Below are positions 45,362-60,494 of a DNA stretch of 64,000 nt, piece after piece (positions within the stretch are counted from its first letter, which is position 1; each line of letters starts with the position of its first letter). The translations under genes were made by a program, and so were the position numbers. Source of the stretch: Chrysomallon squamiferum (lineage: Eukaryota; Animalia; Mollusca); the NCBI GenBank assembly GCA_012295275.1, contig CM022672.1, positions 7,130,001-7,194,000 on the forward strand, written 5' to 3'. A model generated the notes under the pieces. That model was not told the origin of the DNA. It did no database searches and saw only the letters and a program-made list of their open reading frames with translations.

Positions 45362-48184
45362 GAAATAAAAGAGAAAGAACAAAAAAAAAGAAATAAAAAG
45401 GCATGTAAAACATTTATGGCTAGTTATTCAGAGTCCATGACACTGAACTCACAATCAGTTCCATTTATTTGTCATTTAATGCTCTTGCAGGAAAATGAAG
45501 AAATTTTGTGACGGAAAAAAGGAGTCAATGGCTAATAAGGCCAATCTAGGCTAATGCTGACGTCATACAGCTGCAAGCAGGTTTTTAGATGTACTTCAGC
45601 TACATGTTAATTACGTGACTTGGAACATTTTCTTTTCTTCATTTACAGCCAAGTATATCAAGTATTTGCTGGAAAGATTACTCATCTTGAAAACAGGAAA
45701 GATATGACATTTATTGTTTTGAAGACCTTTTTTCTCCTCCTTGATAAAAAATTAAAATTAAACCAGGAAAATTAATTCACTAATATTGCAAAATAAACAA
45801 CAAAAGTTGTTATGAAATAGAAATGATTTTCTTTTTATTTTCTTTCTATATTTCTTAAATATTACTGAGTTTTTTGGGGGGGTTTTGTGTTTTTTTTAAT
45901 GAAAAATGTCTTTGTAAAAGAACATTTAGATTCATCAAAGCCATAATTCATTATTGCAGCACTGTCAACAGTTTTTTTAAAATTTCTAGTGGAAGAAAAA
46001 TGTATAGCTTGTTCATCAACTCAGTAAATACTCTTGATCTGTGTATATATATTTTTTAAATTGCTTAGATGTGTCCTGAGCTGTTTTTGTGAAAACAAAG
46101 ATCTCATTTTTCTTTTTTTGTCTTACTATTTTTAATTTTGGCCTTTTGCTGAATTAGTATTTGTTAGTGTGTGTGTGTGTGTGTGTGTTTTTGAAAGTGC
46201 TGTACTGATACATGCTATGTTTTATGTTTGGCAAGTGCACAAAGTACAGCAGGCAGCCAAGGTAATCTGATCTCTAGGCAAAACAAAAACAAAATCATCT
46301 GCATTATTGTCAGGAAGAAGAAAAACAATCACTGCTAACACTGAAAAAATAAACTGTGAGAAAGACAATGTAACTGTTTTAGTTAGTTAGTGAATGAGTG
46401 GGTGAGAAAAAAAAAGAGAGCAAGAAATAGACAGCCTGTCAGATTGATTGACAAAGACAGAAAAAGAAATAAAAAAAAAAAAAAAAATTAAAATTAAAAT
46501 AATTATAATAATGAAATAATAATAATAATAAAAATGGAAAAAGAAATGCATTAGAAGCAATACAAGAAGTTTAAAGAAGTATGTTCTGAAGAGTCCTCTA
46601 ATGGTTTTCCTTTTTAAGAAGTAAGCAATTTCCTGACCATTCACCTTGCAATGTGTTCTTTAAAGATCACCCCCAACATGTCAATGACACAAACACATTT
46701 CTGTGTCTTCATTCATGAATCATCCAGACAAAACAGCTAATAGAGTTGAGGCACCCATTCTTGACTTACAAACTAATCAAGATGGCTTCTCTGCTTGAAG
46801 CTTTTCTCTTCAGGTGCAATGAAGCAGAAAAATGATTTCCATCAACTGGAGACAGGCAGAGTCATTGGGAGTGATGTGGTGTTGTTTTGTGACACAAGCT
46901 GTGACAATTAATTTGTTTCGCACCTTGTACGGCAGTTTGCTCATCAGCAATAACTGTCATCATGATGTAGTGAGCTCTGCAGTTTCTTTAACAATGAAAT
47001 GCGTTAAAAAGTTACAGTGATGATATACTAATGAACAGATCATATTTATTAGTCAATTTCTTTGTTACTTGTCTTTCTTCTTTTTTTTTTTTTTCTTTGA
47101 TTTGATAATTTAAAAATATTTTCAAATTTCATTATCAAAAATTAAGAGAGAATGTGTATGTATGGGTCTGACTTGGTGTGTGAATGTGATTGAACAGGTA
47201 AGTAGGTACTTGAATTAACTTTGCTTTCCTGATTAGTTATGCTATCCAGCTGCCAAAAAATCAAATTAATATGTGAAACAGTAATTTTCAAGCTAGGTAG
47301 CACTAGTTCTTTCGGGTGCTGTGAGAACATGGAGTGAGTAAACATTGTCTATTTATAAACTGTTATGACTTCACTAAATAACGCATCATACTTTCATGAC
47401 CAATAAACAGTTTATCTTGGGGGGAGGGGGGTGCCAACCTCCAAAACCGTTTGAAAAATAGTACTGTTATTTCTCATTTTAGGATTAGTTTATCATGGGA
47501 GTAGTAGAGAAGAAACGTTAAAAAATAGTCTTGGTGTTGAAGAATAAAAATAACACAAGGAAAGGCAAAGTAGATCATTCATTCATAACTTTATTAAAAT
47601 AACCATACAGGTATGATCCCCAGTAACTGGAACTAGCCAGAAGTGTTAATATTCACTGAAACCTGATTACATGTCTTTTACAGAAAAACTTTCTAGAGAT
47701 ATTTGATTAGCACTGGTAATTTAGAAGAAAAAAAAATTAAACAGAGTTGAGAAACATCAGTTTCATGGTAATGAAACTAATCAACTTGTCATTAAATAGC
47801 TTAAAATAACTAACAAACTTAGCATGCAGTGGACTGGTACAGTATGTTTTTCTCTCATACTCACAATTACTCTTGTTTCAAAAATAGCATTTTCTCTATG
47901 CTGTACTTCATATAATAACTTTTTATACAAAATGTTGAATTATATTACTTTGAGAAGATAATAATGGTTTTACACACTATATTTCATTATATAACAATGA
48001 ATACAAGTTCTTTGCAAGATACTGAATTATAAGACTTTGTGCATAGAATAATTGTTTTACACATAGAATAATTGAGTTAGTGAGTTATATAACAAGTTTT
48101 ATACAATAAATAGAATCTTTAACTTTGTGAATATATGTTTTATATAATGTGACTCATTGAATGTTAGTTTAATCTAGGACATTT

Positions 48185-48352
48185 CACAATGTGGTGCTAT
48201 GAATATAACATATTTAACAAAGTATTATGCATGTGATTCAGTGAATATAATAGATATTTAATACAAAATTCCACATCTGATTCAGTTAATATAACAGATA
48301 TTTAATATAACTATCTACATGTGATTCAGTGAACAATATTTTGTATTTAACA
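48185..48352. repeat. Degenerate tandem repeat, ~44-bp period
   Basis: CAT(G/C)TGATTCAGT(G/T)AA at 48230, 48273 and 48318. Confidence 0.8.
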
Positions 48353-50073
48353 GGGTACAGAATCTGGTTTAAACATGCAGGGAAAACTCTGACAAAGTCA
48401 TTCATGTGGTGTCAATGTCAAGCATGCCTCAACAGTTCTCTAAACAATATTATCTAAAAATTACACATATCTAGAGTTAACAACAGTTTAACACTAGCAG
48501 GTGGAAATACCTCCACACTGCATACACATCATTGTTTGACTGTTACATAATAACATACATATACTGATATAGGCTAAGTCTAATACAAATCAGCCAAGCA
48601 GTGAGGTGGAGGTAAACAGAAGTGTTAAGTAATAAGTGAGACTGTCTTCACTGTAAACTCCTTCTTACAAGAGTTTATCAGTACTTTGTACATTCTTCCA
48701 GTTATGTTTACCTCTACAGAAATTACAAATGTCAAAGAGATTAGTGTTAACAGTGTACTAATGACTGTGATATTCTTCTGTTTGATTCCAGCCTTTGTTA
48801 AACAAACAGAACAACACAGTGTTTAAAAGAAAGCAGTATACATATATGTGTGTGTGTGTGTATTTAACTCAGAACAGTATACTTAATTGCAGATACCAGA
48901 CATACAACTTGTCCTCACTTAGTGCATCACTGTACCCACCATGTATTACATGTCTTTAACTCATTATAGCAGGTAATTAGTTATTATCATCTAGAACATT
49001 TTTTAAAAGTTGCCTGGATGATTTCATGATTGCATGAACCATATATATATATATATATTTGCTATTATGATCTATTTCAGATACATACAATTAGTTCATA
49101 CATAAATACAAATATGTAAACAATTAAAAAAATAAAATAATAATAACAATAATCATATACACACAAATATTCATATATAAAACACACACCTATACACACA
49201 AGAAGGTCCAAAAAATACACATATAAAAACAAACAAAAACACACACAAAAATTACACAAACATATTACACATAAATTATACACATATAAAAACACATAAG
49301 TATAAACACACAAATTACATACGAGAGAAAACTAATATTTTCAAACATAAACACGCATTCACAGATACACAAAATGCATATATCTGCACACTCCTTTTTC
49401 TCATTTTCTTTCTTCTACACATCAACATACACAGCTGCACTAATACCAGAAACCTAAAAGTTCATCAACTCACACACAGAGAGAAAAAAAAATGAATTTA
49501 CCTTTCTGACTTCAAACAACTTAATGGAACTAACACTGTTACTTCTAGTACACTTACTGAATGATTTTCAACATGGAGTGATTTCCCTTCCGCACAGATG
49601 TTCTTTTCTTGGAGTATGAAGATTACATGCAATTCATCATTCACTCACATGACTTGTGTCAGGTAAATATCCAGTTACAACATCCAGGCAAGTAGATTAC
49701 TGCCAATGTTTGGCAGCATGCCGTAGCATCTTCAGAAACAAACCCAGCATGATACCCAGCATGATGACCAGCAAGTCAGTACTGCTATCAGCTAGACACT
49801 ATTTTCAAAACATCTTTTATCACAGATTTCTTGATATATATTTTTTTCCTCTTTCCAGTTATCAGGAGAAACACTTTATTAGCATTCAATGACCTTAAAA
49901 TATTGTAAGTAATTCTGCTGAAACTGCTGCAGTCTGCCAGTGTAAGAAAATTGTATATATCAGTACATGACGCTGTTTTAGCAACTCGTACACAAACTCT
50001 GAAACGTTTTCATACACAGATAACAAACTCATGTATCCGTTTATTTTGTTGGTAACACTGGAAAACCAAGTTC

Positions 50074-50176
<103 letters not shown>

Positions 50177-50344
50177 CATTGTAGTAATAATACCATCACC
50201 ACCAACAACTTCAACAATAACAATAATAAAAATAACAACAATAATAAGAACAATAATAATACTGGTAATAATAATAAATATTTTTATAAGGTATTAATAT
50301 TAGTCTTAAATGTTAATTTAGCATTTAATGTATGATAAAGTGAA

Positions 50345-50605
50345 TTAATGTATGATTGTTTAACAACATTTGAACATATTTTTATGTTAATAGTCATCAA
50401 GTATCAAACGTGACTTTTAAAACTGACTGTCTGAAAAAAGAAACCTGAATCCAGCATTCCACAGGCCCTTTGTACTAATCAATAGCAAGAGATCTCTTTT
50501 TCATGCATTATCAGAAAAACATATTCCATCACCTATGATATATCTGTAAATAGGCAAGTGATTTGAATGGAAATAAACCAAAAGAAAAGGATTGATCTTG
50601 CACAC
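50345..50605 (+). mobile_element. Degenerate SINE-like interspersed repeat
   Basis: Shares AGCAAG(A/G)GATCT core (50484) with an inverted copy at 51420-51515. Weaker copies near 345-470, 29130-29410, 34150-34320 and 45045-45290. Resembles an abundant gastropod SINE from memory (not searched). Confidence 0.45.
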
Positions 50606-51419
50606 TTTTCTCTTAACTGAAAACTACCAGCAACCTACAGCCAGTCTGACTGGAGTGAATGACAACATTGTGTCAGGTAGTATAAACCATTTCACTTTGA
50701 TCTGTTTGCTTGTTTATGTTCCATCAAGCAGAAGGAAAGCAACAAAGATTTTTGCTGTAAAATGTGATGATGATTTTACTTCTGACATTTGTTTATATTG
50801 ATCTACTCTTCAAACAATTCATTGATATGCTGCAAACATGCACACATCACCATAAAAGCTATTTTCACCAAGGTCATAAAGATCCTATCAACAAAATAAA
50901 ATCAAATAATTATTTTAAAAAATTAAGTAAGATAAAATTTAAATAAAAATTTAATAAATAAATAGATGTTGGCTATCAGCTTTTAACAAATTAGTTTTCT
51001 TCTATATTTCCATTAAAAAAAAGCAACTATTAATTTCCTTTCTTTTTACTTCTTTTCTTAATCCTCTTTTAATTTCTTTTTACCTAAAAGTTTTATACTT
51101 TCCATTTTATACTGCATACGTTTTTAAATAAATCTTAATCTCCATTTTCCTTAATATTTTTAAAACCTTGATATACAAGAATCTATTTAAAAATCCAAGA
51201 ATTTTCATACTGGGACACACACCTGAAATATTAAAACTTATCTAGATATAGTTTTTACACTTCAGTACAATATAAAATATCTGTATAAAATTAAATATAA
51301 TTCAAATTTCAAAATCTTTAGAAAAAGATTTTAAAACTTTTTAAAAATCTTTATAAACAATCTTCCTGGATAGTCCTGGAGATAAAAAAATCAGTAGTCT
51401 TTGTATGCCTTTGTATGTC

Positions 51420-51515
51420 AGACTATTTTCCAGTTCAAACCATGATCTGTTTATCAAAGGCTATGGTATGTATTATCCTGTCTGTGGATAGAATACAAAA
51501 GATCCCTTGCTGTTA
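51420..51515 (-). mobile_element. Degenerate SINE-like repeat fragment
   Basis: Minus strand reads AGCAAGGGATCTTTT...CCACAGACAGGATAATACATACCATAGCCTTTGA; related to the 50345-50605 and 29130-29410 copies. Confidence 0.5.
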
Positions 51516-52710
51516 TAAATAACAGATTATCTTCAGATTGGTGAAATGTATTCTATTTTTACAACAATACTTTACAAGAAAGTAAGAAGCTTTAATATCT
51601 AAAAAGTGCTGATATGTTTTTTATTCAGTAATTCCATAAATTCCCATGATCCAGACCCTTGTCATATTCGGAGTACACTAATTAAAACAAAAAACACTCC
51701 AGTGGGAATGCTGTACATAAATAAAGATTGAGCCCAGAACTCACAGCTCCCAAAACTGCCTGAGATAAGAAAATTTCTTGACTTACACTGTTATTAAATA
51801 AAAATATAATTTCTCTAAACAGTATGCAATTTTAATATTGTTTTTATTACTAGTTTTTATAGCCAATGAACAATTCCTAGCACAATATTTCATGATAATA
51901 AACGATACACACAGCACTGATAATGTTCATTTTCTTCAACACAGAATTCACTAAGTTAAATCTAAATTTCTATTTTAAGTATGTCAGCCATCTGGTATGT
52001 GTGTATAAGTGTAACTGTGTGTGTTTGAGGAAGAGTGAGAGATTGTTGATGTGAATGTAAGTGTATGTTTGTTTGAGAAAGAAAGTGTGTGTGTGTGTGT
52101 GTCTGAATGTATAATTAATTTATGTAATATCATATAGTATTTATCTGTATTTCAGAATATCAGTAATCTGATCTAAATTACACCACCAGTCATAAATTAC
52201 AACAATACTGATGAGTCATACGAGATTACTCCAATCATATGCTTAGATGCATTCTGACATTTTAGATTGGGAAGAAAAGGAAATAAATCCTACAAGCAAA
52301 TGACGTAGAGAAGTGAACACTCGTCAGCATCTCGCCAAATGAGAGGAGATAATTTGCCACTGTGTTACATACGATTCTCTTGTGGCTTTCCTCTCCCAGA
52401 GCTCTGTGTCTGATTAGCTTGTCGACCATTCCAAATTCATGATTGTATTCCTGCCTCAAGTAAGGCTGACATGAAGAAAACAGGAATAATGTGACCAACT
52501 GCCCACGGGGTGGCACGACAGTCAGGAAGCATGATCAATACAGAAACAGCTTCAACAAATGTCAGATGTAAAACTTTCAACAGTTTTCACAATTACAACA
52601 GCTGAAATTTCATTTTATCAAATCTAATTCATTTTCATCTTTGTTAATTATTCAATAATAAATGTTTTTCTGAAATACATTAGATGTCCTGAACTGTATT
52701 GTGATGTAAA

Positions 52711-52801
<91 letters not shown>

Positions 52802-53685
52802 AATATGTGAATATTTGGAAAAATTAAATAAAATGTCAAAAAAATAATTATATAAATAATATACTTTGTCAAGATATTTATATACAAAATTTTCTGAAGT
52901 GAAACATAAAATAGGTAACTGTAATATCAGGGATAAGAATGATTTCATGCCAAGTAGAGATGCAATATTTTTAGATCAAATCTGCTACATTTTGTCATAT
53001 TAATATATTGCTTACATACATTTTGCCCACATTCAACATATTTTCTTTTCAGGTATCAGTTTTAAATAATAATAAAATATGACAATAAAACAGCTACAAA
53101 CCAATTTAATATTATTCTTTTCTGTAACATTAAATAACATTTTCACAAGTGATACCATGACTGAAATGTGTGTGTAGTGCTTCTATTCAAAACTATTTGT
53201 ACAAGTAAAAAAATATCAGTTTCAGTATACTAAATAGCTTTCAGCATTAAAATAAATAAATAAATATTTTAAAATTTAATTAAATGATTATTGGTCATGA
53301 TTATTAGACATGATGGATATTGTACTGTTCCATTTCAAAATTAGCCTTTGTGAAAAGCATCAAGGAATCTTTTACATGTTCTCTGTTATACTGTATCATG
53401 GTGTTTTACCTTTGATCTGGAAAATGCCCAATGAGAGTTGATCCTAAGGCTAATACTAAAAAATCATTGACATAAAACCATTCAAACTCTGCCAAAGAAC
53501 ACTTTACTATTTAACCCTTCAGCCAAATGCACTGATTAGTATTAATTTTTTAAGTATATGTATAACAATATTGTCATTTCTTAAAAACCATTTTGCATTC
53601 TATTATTTTGTTCTTTTGTTATCAGATAATAATTATTCAGTAATAATCAAACACAATAAAACCATAACATATTAAGTAAAACAAC

Positions 53686-53730
<45 letters not shown>

Positions 53731-53970
53731 TGATTGCAGAGGGAAAGACTGAGAGAGAGAAGAAGAAAAAAGAAAATTGGAAAAAAAAGACAGAGAGACA
53801 GATGCTACAAACGTAATATTGTCTGTCAACACTAATTACGTGTTACATTGTCTCTGTGGGGAAGCTGCTATTAAAATACTTTTTCATGGAAATAATAAAA
53901 TGAATAACCCAACCATGGAGGGATCATTTCTTTTTTATTTGAAGAACTCATATGTTGACTGGACTGTAAA

Positions 53971-54021
<51 letters not shown>

Positions 54022-57000
54022 TATAATAATAAGTTGTTACAGAAGTTTTTTTCTTTTAAAAACATTTGTGTTAATTAACAAATTTATTCGTATTTATTTA
54101 CATACTGATTATAATTATTACTCATAAATAATAATAATAAATAAGGAAGAATTAATACTGTTTTACTGAGAGATATTTCTTCATGTTGCTTTACTCTATG
54201 TGTTGTTGTGAATTGAAACATTTCTTTTTTAATGATAGCTAACAATTATTCATGATAAATAACAGCTCTGTAAAGAAACTAATCCTTCTATTAAGAGATA
54301 TGGTTTCTGTGGCAAAACTATAGTTTTTAATTAAGTTGGCACTGTCATTTGTCTGGTGCTAAATGACAATGTTAGCTGTATCTGATTAGTGTAGCTGGAT
54401 AGCTAACTGAACTTGAAGCATTTAATTACTCTGAACAGATAAGTTTGATGTCTCAACAGACAAGACATCGGAATTAAGCCCAAAGATTAACCATTAGAGT
54501 TATTCAAATATCTTAGATTCACATGTAGAGCTCTCTTAGATCCAGAAATCCTAGGTTTGAGTTAAAGACAGTGAGATGTAGAGTTCATATAAATCCAAGG
54601 TTTACTTAAAGATGCAGACCTCAGTTTTCACTTTAACAAACTGAGAATGAATTTAATTAAAACCTGCTTATACTTGGTTTTAATCTAGAATCATGTAAGA
54701 GCCACTTAAACCAAGGTTTCATGTAACTACAGATTATTCCATGTTTATCTAAAATCAATCTGATCCTAGGTATACAATTCAACCCACATCAAACTCTAAT
54801 TAAAGCTAGTAAATCTAGAGTAGTTGAAAGCTAGAGAATCCAAATATATTCAAAGTTCCAATATAGACTTCCCACAAAAATGTACAACATATACTGTATC
54901 ACTAATGTATAAAATGTTACTAACATTAAACCCGTAATAATCACTGATAAAGAACAAATACAATCACAGATCAGCGAGAAACTATTATTGAATCATTTAG
55001 ATCAGATCATCATCCAGAAAGAGACCAGGTCCAGGCTGTCTCAAAGATGATAAAACATAGTGGAACAAAATGGCACATACGTGGTTGAATAAACCTGTGT
55101 ACAAATATCTAAATATTGTCTTTGAATTTCATTTAGAAACTGTGAACTTTTGCTTCATCCCAATATTTAAATAAAAGCTGTAAAATGTGCTGTTAAACTG
55201 AATTAAAATTATTGCATCAGTTATGGAGATGACTGTGTGTGTGTGTGTGTGTGTGTTTGCAGGCATATAATATTCATTAGCAGAAGATGAATGTCTTTCA
55301 AATTAAAGGTGCATTCAAAACGTAATTAATTTAAAAAATATATTTTTTTTTTATGCTAAATAAACAGAAAGGAGAAATCAATGTGAACAAAACATTAATC
55401 AACTGCCGAGTGAGTAGTCTCTTTGTCACTAAGAGATTTACAACTTAATCCCTTTGATTATTATTTTCATTTTTATTTTTTAATATATTTTTTTTTACAT
55501 TTTAATGTAATGATTTCAGTACTTATGCAACATGATTAATAATAAGTAATATACACACATCCATTTTATCAACTAAATATATTATTATTAATATATTTAT
55601 TTTAAATCAAAACAAACAGTAATAAAAAAGTAAAATGATTCTAACAACTCTTTATATTAAAACCTAGCATACAACATCATTCATGTTTGTTTGTTTTTTG
55701 TTTGTTGTTTGCGGTCAAATTTAATTGTCCTATTTTTCATTTTAATAAAAACATGCACGAGTCTTGAGTATATTTGAGTTTTAAAAGAAAATTACTCACA
55801 TCACAAATAGCTGCAGAGAGACAAGACTATAATGAGATCAACATGTTTCCAGTCACTGCCAGTCTGTTCTCAGTTTACCATCAGCAAGTTAATCCTGTCT
55901 GTGCTTCACAGTGTTCATCACTGGCAGTTTCGTCATACACTAGTCTTCTTCACACTAGATAAACCTGCAGTCTAAGTATCCATGCAAACAGAACTTTACC
56001 TCTTCATCAGGTGCCCATTAGGTCTGTAAAGTAATAATAATAATAAATAACAACAACAACAACAACAGCAACAACAACAACCAAAAATAATAAATATTAA
56101 AAATACTACTAATAATAACAAAAACAACAATAATAATAATAGAAATTACAATAACATCTGTGATAAAGATGTTAACCACTCTCATCAGTGACTATAAACA
56201 TTTGTAAAAAGAACATAAAATTAAAACACCTATGTATTAAAAACAAGATAATATATTTATATATACACAGATTTTGTAAATAAACTTCAGACACATTATA
56301 GAATTTATGCTTACATACTAAACCTCTAACTGATATAATCTTAAAGGAGAAGATTGTAACAAGAAAAAAGAAAGCCAAATTCTTGATATGAGGAATACGG
56401 AGGTCTGCATACTGTGACTAATGCCATGTTAACCATCTCATCTGGCTCCAGTCCAAGATACAGAGAGCAGTTGATATACAGTGTAGTGGTTTGAGCATTC
56501 CAAGAACTGTCTGAGGGGGTGGAATCAGGTTTACTCAGAAACACATAGCAGAAGCTATGACTACAAGATGAAGACATTTCCTGCACACAAAACCCATGTT
56601 TCCTTACAATAAGAGGTATTCAAGATATTTTCTTTATGTAAACACAATGTTTCTTTACAAGAGAACTTCCCAAGACCACATGTTCTGGTTTTTGTTTTTT
56701 TCAATTATAAGATGTCCACTCATCATCTTGTTATAAAAACAATGTTTCTTTACAAAATTAAAAACATATAACATATAATTTTTGCTTTATTTCTCATAAC
56801 AGGAAATGTTTCTTAATGGATGAAACTAAACAAGCTAAGACATTATTATTACCTGAGCTTTTATGAAATGTAATCAATACACATTGTAAAATATTTCACT
56901 AAAACTAATGGGTCTTTCAGCAGCTTTAACATTAAAAAGAGACAAAGATTTCTGAGTTTACATTTTATCTGCAACATTATTTATAACTATTTGTAAATCA

Positions 57001-59289
57001 ATATGGAACAAAATCACAAAGATTAGCTCTTTCATTTAGACAAAGAGAGGCTGAATCAATCCTTTTCAGTATACTTTGTACAGTTACATTCCATTCTGAC
57101 CAGAATTTCATAAACAACAAAGACTGAAATATAATTATACATAGCCGACTATGAGAAAAGTTATGTGAAAATTCTCTTGATGCTGATAATTCAGAAAAGT
57201 CCTTAATGCAGTAGAGCAGAATTATTTATTATATTTTTTCATTCTGTCAAAACATTAAACAATTTGAATATATAAATATTCTATAATGAATAAAACATCA
57301 ATATATTAGCATGATGAAAAAAATAAATATACATGTAATTGTTATTTTTAACTGATAGTCTGAATAAATGACTGGTAAGAGGGACGTTTTCAGTCTGTAA
57401 AGAATTTTTCACATTTCTAAACTGTAGTCTAATAAATCTTTAAAAAGAAAATGTCAACTGCCATCAACCTAAATTTGTTTTATCAGCAGTTTTCATAATT
57501 AGCAAAGACTGGTTTGCACAAACAAATTATATGTGTTTAGGATTACTTGTTCATTACACATAAGTTAGAAAACAGATAATTTGATGTGTATTGTAATTAC
57601 TGAAATGTTTTTGTTCAGACTGTTTTCTAAATATGTGCAAAGTAAGTGTAAATGAGACACAGCAGGCTGTGTGTGAAAGTGTGAATAGTTGTACAGACAA
57701 TATTACACACAGAGTTATGTAATTGGAAATCACACCTACAGTATGTTCTCTTGTCAACATAACCCAGACTGGTTTATAATCAAAACTCAATTGTATTTAT
57801 TTTTACACTTTGTACATGATTAACATGTCTAAGTAAATAATGAAATTGTCATCTGCAGTTTTATTTTTAATACAGACACATTTTTTTTTCCAGGTTATTA
57901 ATTATTTATTTTTTTTTTCCTTGGCAAGAAATTTCAAATTCTGAAAATCATAAAATGTGTGTGTGTGTGTGTGTGTGTTGTGTATGTGTGTTGTGTGTGT
58001 GTGTTGTGTGTGTGTGTGTCTGTGTGTGTGTGTTGTGTCTGTGTGCACATGTATACATTACATAAATGTTCACACAAATTAAAACTTATTATTTTCAAAT
58101 TTAGCAGTGTTTGAAACTTGTGTCTTAACACAAAGAAAGAAAAGACTTATAAGTAAATATAGTAAAAAGAAATAATAATAATAAAATCAAATCAAATATA
58201 TACATTAAACAAAAACAAAAGGCAGAAATCTGATAAGAGGTAAGCAGGTTGTCAGAGCAACAAAGCATGATCATCATCAGTGAAAGTAAAATACTTACCT
58301 CCTGTATCAAAGTCTGATCTATGATATTCTCATTAACTCACTAACTGAAACTTGTTGTTAGAATACAGCATTTTTTAACTGTTTAGTTCTTAATTACTGT
58401 ACACAAAACACCCTACCCAGTTTGGTACTAGCCAATTTTGTTTATAATTAATTCTAAAATTCAGAGAAAAAATAATTAATTATAAACATTCTTATAAATA
58501 TTTTTAGTCAAACATATATCTCAATCATGTTATTTCAGAATTAATCTGAGAGTCTACATTAACAGTTACTAAAGTTTGTTGGTATCATCCCCTTTGGGGC
58601 AATAGGCATTTCCTAGGGGCTGATAAAGATAATTAATTTGTAGTTTCTCCTGTCTTTCACACAGTGTGCATTGTAAATCAAAATTCTTTAGACTATGTAA
58701 TGTCTGAGAAGGAGTAAGATTCTATGACCGCTAGAATTAAGGGAACCACAGGACTAAAGACAAACATGCACACAAATTAAGTTAATTGAGATGGATGTGA
58801 TAAATGACTGTACATAATTACATGTTCAGCACAGAAATCAATTTACAAACCTACACAAGTAGGGTTCCAAAACTCAAAGAAGCAGACTTGCAAATAATTG
58901 TAAACAAATATCAAAATAAAACTTTTGTTAAATAATTTTACCGCTTATGGCATGGATCTGTAAAAAACTTTTTGTTAAAGATGCTGTTTATTATAAATAG
59001 AATATGCTTGGTAATTTCATTGTCTGGTTTCATCTTCACAAAACATCACCTCTCCCTAATTTGTCTAGAGGGAGAACACATTTCTTCCTATTTTTCTAGT
59101 CTAGCTTGAACCCTGAAGTATCTATCAATTCTATGCATAGGAGATTATCTGTATTACTGTCACCTCTTTACAGTCATCTATAAAAATCTGAATTATGTAA
59201 ATCCATGACCAGTTATTTTCATGTTGTATTTGACACTGTCTGCAAACTGGTATTTTGCAAAGCTGCCTTCAACTGTCAATACTGACAGT

Positions 59290-60320
59290 TTTCAATCAGA
59301 TGTGAAAATCTATAGAAACACAGCAAGATATTAACACATAAATCCTGTGCAAGTTAGACATATTTTACACGAACACTGTGACAGAAGCCATTAGAACAGA
59401 TTTCTGTTTTAATATCAGTTATTTACAACATAGTAATAAAATAACAAAAAATCACTTCAAGATATTAACATTAATCTATGGCAAAAGTTACTTAATTCAC
59501 ACTGACAGAAATCTTTGATGTACATTTTTTTTTCACTTTTAATATGAACATTTTTCAAAACTCTATTTTGGCATCCAGGTGAGAGAAAACAAATAAAGTG
59601 ACAAGAAGTCTAAGATAAAAAGCAATTTTCTCTTAGTTTTTCCATTTCTGAATCTGTTAATTACTCTGGAAACAAGGAGACAGTAATAATAAATGTTCAA
59701 GAAATATATCTGACAATAAAAGCAATTTTCACTTCAATTTTCATTTTTCAAACAGTTATTTACAACTGTCAAACAAAAGAAGAAGATAAATAAATCCACT
59801 TCAAGCTGATTAAGAACAACTGAATGGTTAGTTTGAGGTTTCCATATTACTTTTATATCAGTTATTTGTATTTTATCAGAATGTTCTAAAAACTAGAAAA
59901 GTGAAATGATGCTTGAAATTGAAAGTTATTTTCTCTTAATTTTTTCAATTTCAAGTCCATCTGATGATGTACTAACAGCAGTCTATTAAAACTTTCCAAA
60001 TTAGGAGACAGAAAACACAAAACCACTTAAAGGCTAACATTAAAAAGATTTTGTTTTCAGTTTTTCCATTTCAGAATCATCAACAGACAGTTTTCTATCA
60101 GAAAACTTGGAAAACAGGGAGACAGAAGACATAAATTGAATAGAAGTCTCACATTAAAAACATTTTCTCTTAGATTTTCTGTTCGGAATCAGTTATTTAC
60201 AACACACTCTTAAAACAGAAGACATTATTTACAAATACATGCAAATGAAACTACCAGACCTTTAACTGGCTTTCAATTAGGTTTCTGTTTTAACATGATC
60301 TGTCTACAGCACTATCAATA
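59290..60320. repeat. Old degenerate tandem repeat, ~100-120-bp period
   Basis: AAA(G/A)CA/TATTTTC(T/A)CTT-like heads at ~59619, 59719, 59922, 60042 and 60156, each followed by variants of ATCAGTTATTT and/or GGAGACAG. Confidence 0.6.
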
Positions 60321-60327
60321 CATCTGG

Positions 60328-60494
60328 AAACTATTGCTAGATGCAACACACTATTTACCAAGTCTGTCTTGTATTAATGTATGGTAGCCATTACTTTCAC
60401 TGCAAGAAAACTATTGCTAGACATTAAACACAACAAACTATTTTACTTAGTCTATCTCATATTAATGTAGAATGACCGTTACTTTCACTGCAAC
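60328..60494. repeat. Direct duplication, 2 x ~80 bp
   Basis: AAACTATTGCTAGA...TATTAATGTA...TTACTTTCACTGCAA occurs twice. Confidence 0.85.

Noticed and set aside
55855-55928. Inverted 9-mer ACTGCCAGT...ACTGGCAGT as a possible miRNA hairpin
   Set aside because: The stem is only 9 bp with an unpaired interior, and it does not match any conserved miRNA I recognise.
56590-56820. Short motif ATGTTTC(T/C)TTACAA recurring with different spacers
   Set aside because: Only three or four copies, irregularly spaced and AT-rich; consistent with a decayed local duplication.
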